Shown here in pieces: positions 14,001 to 26,500 of a stretch of DNA of 64,000 bases. The number at the start of each line of letters is the position of its first letter. Positions within the stretch are counted from its first letter, which is position 1. This stretch comes from Raillietiella orientalis (lineage: Eukaryota). Location: the NCBI GenBank assembly GCA_036172245.1, contig JAYWIR010000028.1:1116001-1180000 (forward strand), given 5' to 3'. A program made the translations under genes and the position numbers. The notes beneath the pieces were generated by a model. It had not been told where the DNA came from. It saw only the letters and a list, made by a program, of their open reading frames with translations, and did not search any database.

Positions 14001-17000
14001 AACCGTCAAATGCAGCAAAAAGTAAGGAAACAGTCGGAAGAGCCTATAATTCAAGAAGAAACGTGGACATATGGAATCCAAATTAGTTTTGTCAAGAATG
14101 TTCAAATTTTCTAGAGAGTAAATAAAGTCTTGAAGAAATACTACAGATTTTAGCCATAGGACTTACTCAGCATGGATTGGATGAAAAGTTAACAAGATTT
14201 TCCAAGCAAAATGCTTACGGACTTTGTTGGAGAGTGGAGGCATTGGCAAGGGTGCCTGGGATGATGAGAATCCTGAGGTTGTTAATAAAAACCTTTACTG
14301 GTAATTTCCATTTGCAGCTTAAATAGAGGCCAGGTGGCTTAGGATTTTTAGAAAAATGAACCAATTGAAATAGGTAAAGTTATATAGTGTGAACATGGAT
14401 GAATATTGTTCATTTTAGAAAAATGAACAATATCCATTCATAAGAGTGTGTATAAGGATGACTGGTTACAGGTTGAACATTTGTGAAGCATGAAGTACAA
14501 ATCGCAGTAATCAATTTATGTGAATAAAGAAGGCTTGGACTTCTAGGAGTCAGCTGTCTAACAGAATGAAATTTGAGTAAATGCAGCTTATTCATAGTAA
14601 AGGCAAACACAATACGATTAATTGTAATTTCAAATTATAAAATTGATAAGTAATTAGTAATGGTATGCAAGAACGTATTTTTTCCTTCATTTAATAAGTT
14701 GGCAGGTAGGAAAAGTATTTTCGCATATATTGCTTCTAGTAACTTCCAAGAAAGTTCCGAGGAAAGAAAAGAAAGATTTGTTACTGTCAAGGAAAGTTGC
14801 ACTAAATATTCACATTGTGATACTTCATATGTGACTTATTGTATCCTCCGAAGATGATAGTAAACTGGTAAAGTATCCGTATTTTTTTGTAATCAAGCTA
14901 TCATTATGACTTGAGATAAATATTTATTCCAATTTTTTGCCTTTTCCAATAAAAAACGGAGGCAAGAGTAATTAAAGCGACCAAGACAAAAAAAAAAAAA
15001 ATGTCTATTTGTTGAAAATCAGGATCAGTTGTGCATATGGTTCTGAATTGGGAGGAGAAAAAATGTATAGAACTTTGTTAGATTTGCGTTTACTCCAGAT
15101 GTTGTATATCTAAAATGATTCGTATCATTTCAAAGACAAAATGCTATTTGAATCTTATCGTAGTGAAACATATCCATGAACTTTTACTGTGGATCGGCGA
15201 TAATGGTGGATAATCCAAAAATAGTTTGTGAGTTGAAAATACTAATGAAGTATTCAATCATTTGGACAGTTTATAACAAAATTTATAAATCCAACAAGTA
15301 CTATGAAAATGAAATGACTTGATAAAAGAAGAGATTTCTTGAATTTGAAAGGAAAAGTGTTTTTAAAATGAAAATCAGGATCAGGATCTGTAAAAAAATA
15401 TTGGTGGGGTCACCAAATGTGAATAGTAATGCAAAATTTTTTGTAAGCTACTTTATGTTTATCTACTTTGTATTATATACCACCATTTTGGGAGAAATAT
15501 AAAAAGGGCTTTGTGTGCACAGTGCACTACTGCTTCTGGGGAAAATGAACTAAAGGTTCACTTTAATATACTTTGAAATCTAGTCATCTTGTGTATCATA
15601 CTCAGTATTGAACTAAATAGGTGATTAACACTGAAATTTCAAACTCCACTTTTATAAGTTGATTAGGAAAATTTACATCGGTTTCATCATACAACAGGCT
15701 AATAATTTTTTGTGAAAGTGTTGTCAGCTGTAAAAAGCAGCTGTTGTAACTACATACATTGGAATCTTGATATCCAGAGCCACTAAATACATTTTGACTG
15801 ACACTTGTGTTTTGTTATGACCGTGCTTTGTGTGACAATCGTTACTTTATTTAGACAAGCGGAATATTAAAAACGACATGCAACTTTCACACAAAAAAGT
15901 TGTAAATGAAAGTTTGTAAAATTCAAACATGGATATTTTAAAAACTGTGGTGGTAGGGAATCACTTGAGATTTGATAAAGTATTAAACCTTAGTACAGTT
16001 CGGAAACGTAGTTTGGGTGCATCATCATTTGATTAAATTTGATTTTTAATCATAGTTAATTGGTTTGGCAACTGAAGTATATATAATGCAGTGAACTAAT
16101 GTAATGTTCAAGATTCGTGGTATTTGCATTGATCGATCATTACAAAAATATTCCCTTTTTTTTTTTTTTTTTTTTCTTTTTGTGTTTTTAAATTTGTTTT
16201 CCGTTTGCATTGTGATTTGTTTAAACAGAATTGGAAAAAAAAAATTATGGAAGCATTAAAAAATCAAACCGCTTTCAACTATCTCAACTACCGAGTTGTT
16301 TTCTCCTATTACGTTGCCTTGGGCGTATTTTTCTCTATGCCTGTATTCAATTTCATACATTACTGTAGTACAATTTGCAGTATTCTTGTCTATGTCTGTA
16401 TTTGGGGGAGTTTCTTCTAAAGTGGGTTAAAATTGTTCTCAGTCTAATTGACAACACAAAGAGCAAGATTCTCTCAGTGCCCTTTTGTTTCTGTTGTTTG
16501 TTTTAGGCATAGTTTAAAAAAGTTTGATGAACAGGAATAATATTTGAAAGCTTTGTACAGGTCCTTTATAAAGTGGATCTTTTATTTCGATATGAGGCCA
16601 TCCTCAAGTATGGCTGGTGCAGGACGTCGATTCGAATTTCGTGCAAGAGTCTCACCTTAGGTGGTACTACTCTAGGTGGTATTACTCTTGGCTTCTTTTC
16701 TTCCTGAACTTCACCACCGAAAGTGTGACGTGTACTGTGATTACACGCAGTTGTACCATGCAATAGGTATACTGCATTCGTTCCTTGTGATAAGTACATC
16801 ATCTTAGTGTGAAACTTCAGAGGCGGCCTAAGTGCTTGGCTTGTGCCTTTCAAAGTGCTCCTGGATGTTTGCAATTCACTGGTTTTCCCGCATTGTCTTC
16901 CTTTGCGTGCATCCCCGAAGAATTATTCCTGGATGCACTCGTGACTTTTCCTTTGTGCCCAGGGTCTCCTCCTCTCGAATTCCACGCCCTGCATTCCATT

Positions 17001-18453
17001 CAATGTCCTGCTTTATGTCTCGAGATCGTATCCTTCGTTAGTGGACCATATTCTTCCGGGTTGCCTGCAATTGTGTGCGAAAAATCTTTCCGTTGGTTCC
17101 CGTATCCCATGAATTTTTGCTAACGAATTGCTTAACGGAAATCACAGGCGAAAACAACAGTGTACTTTGTATTGTATTTTCGAAATTTTCCTTCCGCGTA
17201 TCCATTTCTTCCGTATTCGGACGTATTTCCGTAGTTTTTCATCGGTGTATGGTGTTTTAAGGTATTTTGTGTGCCACGTACGGTGGTGTTATCTGAAAGT
17301 TGTGTTGGTCGCAACAAAAGTTGGTTGGTACTTGAGAGTACTTTAGAGAGCTGATGATAACACGAGAGTTCTTATCCAAAAGGTTACATATTACCGGTAG
17401 ACCAGTGTACAGCTGTTGATCCCAGAATATGATTTATAACGAAGATAATTGGGAAGATTTCCCGTTCAACGTTTTCGGGAGCTAATAGTTTCGAAAATGA
17501 CATCCGACATATCCTCGGTAACAGTTCACACCCCACTTGCAAAAATGAATAAAAGTTTATCAATTCGAGGTGTGTATGCATGTGCATGCCAGGCAACTTT
17601 TCCTGAGAGCCATGCCGTTCTGTAGCTTCCGCTGATTCTGTTCCGTGCATGATCTCTTCTTGTGGGCATCCCAGGCAGCTTTATAAGAAATAATTAGCTT
17701 AAGGAAAAGTGCTGATACGTGGAAATGTGTTTTCAAGGAGACCATCATTTCTTTTTACCAGCAGCAGGCAGTGCAGTTCGAGGAAAATTATTCCGATTTC
17801 ACGTAAAACTCGGGAAAAAAAGTTAATGTACATTCGTAAAGCAGACGAAAAATTCTTTTAAAAGAATTTTTTTGAATAGCAGGTCTTGAATACGAACGTG
17901 CGACATTAAAAAAAAGAAAAAGAAAGAAAGAAGAGAAACGAGAGACGAAAGAATCGACAGATGAACCATCGAAAATCCACCCTACTGCGAATATGATACT
18001 GTTCGTCGTAAGTGGTGTTTAAAAATTGAAATGGGTTACATATTATTATTATATGCAGTGTATGTATATACTTATGTATGTTCGTATCCGTATTTTGTAC
18101 GTATACGTACCGAAATGCACTTTTACAAGTACACTTCAAACTGTACTATGCATGTTGCTGTTTATCTTATTGTGTAATACAGATGTTGTTATCCGCATGA
18201 TTTTGTGTATGTACTATCATTATCATCATGTTGCCGAGTTTTCTGTTCACTCTTGGAAAAGGAAAAATTCTGTCCACTTGGCCGCAAGTGCAAACTTTCG
18301 TCTTTGGAACTTCGTGCGAGGAAGCATTCGGTACACATTCCTCCTGTTTTCGTGCGAGGAAGCATTCGGTACACATTCCTCCTGTTTTGTTTGTCCCATG
18401 CACTAAGATGAGGCTTGCCATCAGAATTCCTCAGAATTTTTTCAGGAATGCAG

Positions 18454-18489
<36 letters not shown>

Positions 18490-21400
18490 TTTTCGTAGTT
18501 TACCCCAGTGGCAAGTAACATGGTCAAGCGTTTGGTTTGAAAGAAATACGAAGTGCGCATCGAGTATGTATACTTAGCACACAATGTACATTCGCACAGC
18601 TATGCATCGTCGTAGTGTTCTTGTCAGCTGGAGAGTATGTAACGTGGTTATTAGGAAATTGCATTTGGGAATGGCTAGGCTATTTGTTTCCTGTTAGTTC
18701 CGCCCATTAAGAGCGCAGAACGTGCAGTGAAGTTTATCTCGTGTACAATGAGAAAATGAAATTTCGATCCCTTTATTCCTACATATCTTCGATTAAGTGG
18801 CGTTTCCCAAAGCGATTTGGCCTTTCTGGAACTGCCTTTTCCCTACGATTTTCAAAAAGTTTCCGCTCTCCCATTGACTTCTTAAAATCTCGATCTGGCT
18901 GTACAAGTGGCGAATCACCAGGTATGCTTGTTTTTTTTTTTTTTTTTGCTTCTCTTTTCTTTGGCTTATTGCTTATTTTTCATGTGGGTCTCTTCTTTAT
19001 GGAACTTTATTATTATATAATTATGAAATGCTTCGGGGGGAAACGATTGAACATAATGTAAGATCCTGTGTGGATTTACACCCCAAAACATCTGTGCCAT
19101 CTGGTGTCCTTTCACTTCTTCGAACAGCGGTGGCCAAATGTTTCTCATTCCGCTTTTTGAATTCGTCTTTTTTTTTTTGTGTGTGTGTGTGTGTGTGTGT
19201 TTTCCTTCCTTCCCTCTATCATTTGAAAATAAAGTGATCCACGAATTCCTTTTAGACATGGATTTGTGCGCCGGTAAAATTGCCTTGCGAGTACCCACAA
19301 TTTCGATCACATCAGTGTGATGTCTTTCTTAAAGTCTATCGCATTGTGATTGTCTCTATTATAATTTCCTTTCGTCTAGTTAGCCTACTTTCCTTATTCG
19401 CAGCCAGTACCGTAAGTCTCTGACCTTTCTCTTTCTCTCTCTGTTAGTCTTTTCATCTCGTCATATATATGTTCTTTTGTGTTGATTCAGGGCTGCCTTG
19501 AAGAGCGTGTCGTGTGCATATATCACTGGCTGTGTACGTTAAAAGCAAGAGTTGCAGCATGAATAGGGATATGATTTTGAAACCATTTTGAGCAGCGAAA
19601 TTATTATTGCTTGGAAGTTCCGTTGATATAACTGTCCAGCCAGAGCAACTGTGTGTTTGTGCACAGGTGTGTTTCTGTGTGACGATCCACGTCATGCTTG
19701 GCCTTGTTTCGTCTACAAACTGTGTAAGCTTTCGTAAGAAGCGTAAGGGGGGAAAAAGTATCATTCCGTGTACCCCAAGCACAGATACAGTCGGATGCAA
19801 GAATTGCTCACTAAATGCAGCAATGTATGCTAGTTCGGGACTTATCGGTTTGCCTCTGATGCAGAGCACCCCATTAAAGCAGACGCCCGTCTCTTATTCC
19901 GTACACTGGCCAGCAAGACCGTTCGTTTTTCCATCCAGTGTGCCTTTTTATTCTTGGTTTAAGAACAAGCCGCCCGAAGTGTGGTACCAGCCAGAAACGA
20001 AATCCAAGAGCCCAACCGCCAAATCTGGCAATTTTCTCTTTTTGTCGTCACGTAAATCAAGAAAGAAATCGAAAAGGGAACCAGGTTTCCATGCTAATGT
20101 AGTTCAAGGTGGCAATGCATCATATGATTCGAATAACGAAGAATCTCACAAGGTGCGCACTTCCACTCACTCTGTTCCCGTCGTTTCTTTATTGTCACTA
20201 GCTGACAGTTCAGATGAGAACGATGACGACGACGTAGTGTTGGCAACGGATGGTTCCGCTAATGTGCTAATGAACGAAGACGCTATTGCTAATGGTCACA
20301 CTCCGTTGAGACGTTGCCAGAGTGATCCTATGCAAAGCAAACTGGAAGATCCATTTTATTATCCATTACCTCATAGTGCATACGTTTCGAAATGCAGTGA
20401 GTATACATCTTCAAAACTGCAACTTAATGTCCGATGGAATGAAAGGGAGGCGCGCGCTCGAAATTCCTACTTTTGTCGTTCAGTTTTGTCCGTCGAGGTC
20501 CCCGCCCCTCCCCTCCACCCCCCCCCCCCCCAAAAAAAAAAAAAAAAAAAGCTCTGTGAATCTCTTGGGTTTCAGGTGCGCAATTCATTTGAGAAATTTC
20601 GCTTGAATTTGTTTTCAGATTTGATGAATTCGTGGTTGCTTCCAAGTTTGTCTCGAGGTTGTTGAGTCTTCGTTTGTTTCCTGGAAGAACGTGCTGCTTC
20701 GAGTTCTTTGCTTGGGTGTGTTGGTGGTGGTGGTGGTGTGACGCGCTGTATTCCGTCGTGCCCAAGCCGTTCATCGCCCGATTTCGAACCCACAGCTTTT
20801 TTTTTTTTTTTGGTGCAAGAGTCCCCCCCCACCCCCTCTACCGAATTTCAAGAACTCCGTGGATCCACTGGCACCGGTGGCACCAACATCATCTTGTCTC
20901 GTTTTCTCTTACGCGAATCGCTGACCCCGTTTCCGAACGAGATCAGTTGCGCAGACCCTCATCGAGAATGAGATTTTGTGGTAAATGTGTCCGTTTTTTT
21001 TTTTTTTTTTTTTTTTTTCCCCATAACGAAAATTGCGTCTGCCTTTCGATAAGAATCACTTTCATTACTTGCTCCATTACTCATCAGTAAAAACTCAAGC
21101 TCAACCTCATTTTTGTTGAAGTTTTACATCACAAAAAAAAAAAAAAGACAGAGAGGTTTTCCTCTTTTTTTTTTTTTTTGTGTGGGTTATTGATTTTTCC
21201 CGAGTGGTTTGCGATCACTATAAAAAGACTGAATTGTGTGTGGATTGGGAATTGAATTAAGTATGAACAGTTCTCATTACTCTCCTTGCATTAGCAGAAT
21301 GTTGCTTCTTTGCGGCCAACTTTAATTGAAGGCATTTGACTCACGTGTTTGTACGGGTATTGGGAGAGAAAAAAAAGAAAATTGGAATTAGCAAGATGAA

Positions 21401-22593
21401 TGATTTATTATGAGAACCAATCGCCCTGTAATCCTTGAACTGACTGTAAGCTGAAAAATTTATGTTCCCTGAAGAGTCCCGAAGCAAACCGGGTTTGTCC
21501 TAAAGTTTCCGCCAAAAGATATGCGCGTACAGCAAATAGTTATGCCCATAAGTGATGGACCTCTTAAACGTTGAAACAAATGTTACACGCGAATACGACT
21601 GATTGATTTTCATCATTGGAAACGCTCAACATAAAGCTGGAAAATGTGTAGCAGTGAATGGCAACACTGATATGGCTGGCTGCTTGTTTCAGATAGGGAA
21701 TAATTCTGATCGTTGTTGTCTTCCCATCTATCCACAGTTAAAATGTTATGATAGAATGTTTTATCATAATATTTTTTTTCCAATGTGCTTACTTCCGAAG
21801 CATTTTAATCCGCTGACAGTGTAAACAGAGTACATGCACGTCCTCTGGTATTTCTTTCCGAATTGGCCTTTTTCTCACTACCATGTAAGATGGCACCAGA
21901 ATGATTCTGCTGCCTTGCATCCTACAGTGTGTGTTTCGTGTGTATGTTGTGTGTATCACCTGCTGTCTGGAACGTGCAGTGGTATGGTTTGCCCCATTCT
22001 GCCAGATCGTGTTACACGAGTTGTTGTTCGTGTTTTTCGAAAGAATGGAGAAAGATGGATGGAGATGCCAGTAACATACTTTTCGGAAGGCATCTGATGC
22101 ATTTGACCAATCAGCTGAATAAAGCAAAATATTTTGACAGCAGGCAGCCCTGTAAACATTACCAAGTAATTCTTAATGGCCGCAGGAGCTGTAATGCAGC
22201 ATAACGTGGTCTAGTGTACATGCATACTTACGTGTACGCCGTGTTTACCGATCGGCAGCATCGTTTTCTCAGCGAAGCATGTACATGTGAGATGTTTCAA
22301 GTAAAAGGCTGGCCTGAGCTTTTTTTTTTCTTCTTCTTCTTCTTCTTTCTTCCCCCCCCCCCCCCGCCCCTTCGTCGTGCCTGGAAATGGAAATTTTATG
22401 TGCTTGTCGGACAATTGTGCGCAGATATGTTTCGATGCATTTCATCACATCTCATATTCAGTACGAGGCTTTGTGGTTGTGCCAAGAAGTAATTCTTCCT
22501 GTTGCTCGGGGCGTGAGACGTCATCGTAGCAACGGTGCCTCGAAAAGCTTCGATGAGAGATATTTGTCTCATCTTCTGAATTGTACACTCCTC

Positions 22594-22645
<52 letters not shown>

Positions 22646-23456
22646 TGAGTGAGTGAGTGAGTGAGTGAGTGAAACGTACGTACCCTGAAGTCTGGTTGTT
22701 AACGAAACATGCGGATTTTCTGGATATCTTGTGTCTGGGATCCTTCTTCTGAAATCAAATTGAGACTGCATTAGAGTATTATACTGAAAGTTCTCCATTG
22801 AGCGCTTACGTGGTAAGGTAAGGTGCGTTTCCGGAAAGAAATAGTGAACGGAAGAACCGTAAAGCTTCATGGTCGAATTTTACGACAACTAAATTGTTTT
22901 GTCCTTTTGTAGTAAGTGGTCTTGAAAACAGCACACGTCAGTAAGAAATTATGAATGAGAATCTCGTTGAACACATCAGTCACATAGCGGCTGTGCTACA
23001 CAAGATTTTGCTCTTTCCAAAAAGATCAGAATGCTGGAGTTTGACTCGATCTAGAATGTGAGTGATTAGCCCTTCCGAGTGGTTACTCGGAAGGGCTAAA
23101 TTTTCATGTCCCCTCCCCCCCGCCTTTCTTTCTTTTTTTCCAGTTGGAAATTCAGTGTTTTGAATTTTTTTGTGGGTTTTCATTTTCCCTGCAGAACTAT
23201 AGGTTGATACTTCATTTGTGTTCCGTATCCATGAGTGTCGCGATTGTGAAATCTTCATTCAGTTTAAGCTGTCATTATCGAAATTATTATTCATTTGTCC
23301 TCTAGTCGGCACTCCTCCTGTCCTTGTAGACTCTTCGGGATGCTCTTTAAACAGCTGTTTTGAATTTTGCGTGAAGACATTTGGGTCATGTTCATTTTCA
23401 TCATAACTAATTGTATGGCAGATGTGAGGATTCTTTTGAATATGTACTTGTATGCA

Positions 23457-23502
<46 letters not shown>

Positions 23503-26500
23503 CCAAGGTCTCTTTCACCAATTGCAAATTGCAAAGCCTTCGGATTGGAATTGGAATTCTTTCAGCTGCTATAATAGTGCTGCCCATCTTGTCGATTTTC
23601 CTGCCCTCGTTGCATTTTCGAGACTACATGTAGTCAAAGACATCCGTGCGAAATACTGAGAGGAAAGAAAGGTTTTTTTTTTTTTTTTTTTTTTTTTGAA
23701 AGGTGTTTCTTCATAGTGAACTTTGTGCTTATGGCACCCTTAATTGTCACTCGAAGATTCAGGGCGGTGTTTTCTCCTATGATGAGTCATTTCTTATGGC
23801 ACCATGCGGCTTTGGTGATTTAGCTTGTAAACGGTAGAAGTTTCATCTCCTCGAAACTAAGCTTCGTCTCGAACCTTTCGTAGGATTACTTATTGATATG
23901 ATTGTGCTCCAAATGGAGGTTCGGGCAGTTTCTTATGGAACAAAAAAGTTTTGTTTTTTTCTTTTCTTTCTGCGAGAACCCATTTGCAAGTGGGACGTCT
24001 GCAAATAGCTCGATTCCCGAAGCTGCAAATTGTTTTTTCGCGTTTCTTCGCACGATTTGAGTGCTCATCAGGTGGTGAAAACACGGGAAGCGCACCTTCT
24101 ATTATCCATGAGCTGTGTACTCATTGGCTTGCGTAATAGCAAAGATTCGTCTTCCCTTAACCATACTTAAAGAAAATTACGGATTAATGATTTGGAGTAG
24201 TTTAATTGCGTGTGTTCCACAATTTTTTCGCATCAATCAATGTGTTTTGCATTCTGACATTTTCGGCCTTGTGAGAAACGTACTGTGCCCTATTTCTCGA
24301 ATCTTCCACAAAGGCTAATGGGATGGACTTACAAAAAGTATCCGTTCGAAGAGCGTTTATCCTGCGCCTCGTTTGTTTATCAGGGAATGTTCTGTTCGAT
24401 TTCGTTCCATCAAGCACAGTCAATCGCAGTTAGTGTTCTGTACTGAGACGTTCTTGTCACAATCCACCGGCAAACATGACGTAAGCTTGAGCGCAGTGTT
24501 ATCCCTGTTTTCCGTGTTGGAATTCAGTGCACAGCATTGGGAACAGTGCAGGTTGTTGAACGCATCACCTTCGTGGTGCACCAAATGATGTTGCATGTCA
24601 TCCTTGCGCAGTATGTGTACACGCTTCGGCTGTACACATACTAACATCGGAAGGATGCAGAGAAGATTAGCATGTTGTGCTAAACGGTAGTGATGCTAAC
24701 GTTATGGTCTCGGTGACAGATCGCAAAGAGTGATTTCAACGGTCATGTGGAATGCGCTTCGAAAGAGACCCCTTACGTGTTGGCGATTCCTGGTAGAATT
24801 TCCTGATGACCCTGGACGAAATCGAAAATCCAGGCAATGAGAAATGTGGTTTGGAGCACCCTGTTTGCTTTCCTATAAGAGGATTCATTAGTATTCCGTT
24901 CGAACTATTCGTACTTCAGCAAAAGCTAGCTTTAGGGCGAATTGCCTTTTTTCTTCAGCAGTTCAGTATCGTAAGGATAGATACTGTTAGTTATTCTATC
25001 GAGAAACATTGGGATGTCTAAAGCGATATAGGAATCCGTTTAAGCGTCCAGTGTCAAAACATTGTCTTCTAGGATTTCCAGCTCTTCGATGGGCACATTT
25101 AGCCTTCGTTTTTTTTTTTTTTTTTTTTTTTTTTTTCTCCCTCTTCAATTAGGAGGGAGTTCTTTTTATTAGCGTAGAACGAGGAGAGTTTTTTCTGTTA
25201 TTTTATAATTCCTTTTTGTTCATGATGGCCATGATTTTCCTTGGTGTTTCCTTTTTAAGTCCAAGATTGCGAAAAATCGTGAGGTCTTTGTTTTTTCCAC
25301 GTCTTCGGCATCCTCTCCTTTTTTTTTTTGTAAGATGAGTCATTTTTGCGTTGCATTGCTGAAGTGGTTACCATTTGTTTCAGCATTCATTGCGATGACA
25401 ATCTTTGCTAATAATAGTTCTGGATAGTAAATATTTTCCTTCTTGCCTTACTAGTTCGTTTTCTAATGAATATCCCTCTTTTCGGCATTGTGTTATCGGA
25501 TAATGGTAATCTTTATTTTTTTTCCTGTACATTTCTTTAATGGTGATAGTTCTTAATTACCCATATCTTTAGTGCCTTGACTTTCATAAGTGATCAGGGA
25601 TCTCTTTGTGTATACTGCTGCTTAGAGTTCAGTCATTCAGCCCGGAGGAAAGAGGGTGGGTGAAGGTTGCGCTTCTATGTTGAACCCTTGAACCTATTGA
25701 ATTTTCGCTTGTTATTCCTCCTTCAGCTTTGAATACTGTTGTTCCCGGTGTTCCTGTATCCTAGAAAACGTACGTAATTATAGGATCCGGAAGCCACAGA
25801 AACGGGGACTGTTAAATAGAAGGGATGCATGCTGTGCGAATGAATTTTCGCAGAACTACACCCCTTTTGCGTATCTCTTCGGGTCACTCTAAAGTGTACC
25901 ATGCTTTCTGGCCCTCACAGCAATTTCCCCAATTTTTTGCGTAGCTGCTTCGACAAGGCCTGGGAATGCCAAAAACTGTGTAGCAGAAATTGTTGATGAA
26001 CACTACTAGCTGGTGTGATGATTTTTCATTTTCCACACACAGACAAGTACTCACATGATTCGAATACAGAGGCAGAACCCAGGGTTTTCCCGCTTTCCCT
26101 GTCGCCACCTCTGAAGAAAGGATGCCCGAAAATGTAGGCTATTGCTTTCCATATTCAGGAGTGGAAGACTAGCTTCCTGCCAAAGATCTTGTTAACCTCA
26201 GGACCTTTCTCGGCCCGAACAGTAGTTTGCAACTGCTTAATTATCTTTGGGCGTATTTCTCTCGCGCGCGCTCCCTTGGCTTCCCGTCTCAAATTGCGAA
26301 CGTGAAAATCATTGATTTGTTATTGGTATATTGTTCTGAGCGCTTTTCGGCCAATTTCCATTCTCAAAAAGTAATTTGTGCGTGTGCTCTGCTTTTCCCT
26401 AGTGAATACACTTACGCCGCCACAACGGCCTTGGATCCAGATTAGTCAGCCTGAGAGTAACAAATGTGTATTCACCATCCTTTGCTATAATGTGCTTTGT

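Noticed and set aside
16561..16660. Acceptor-like ttgtacag| giving an immediate stop (poison exon idea)
   Set aside because: No convincing partner donor; such sites are common by chance.
17028..17036. GTATCCTTC resembling a U12 donor
   Set aside because: No associated exon or U12 branch site found.
20397..20665. C-terminal part of the 352-aa ORF taken as coding
   Set aside because: It lies after a good donor and runs through poly-C/poly-A homopolymers; more likely intron.
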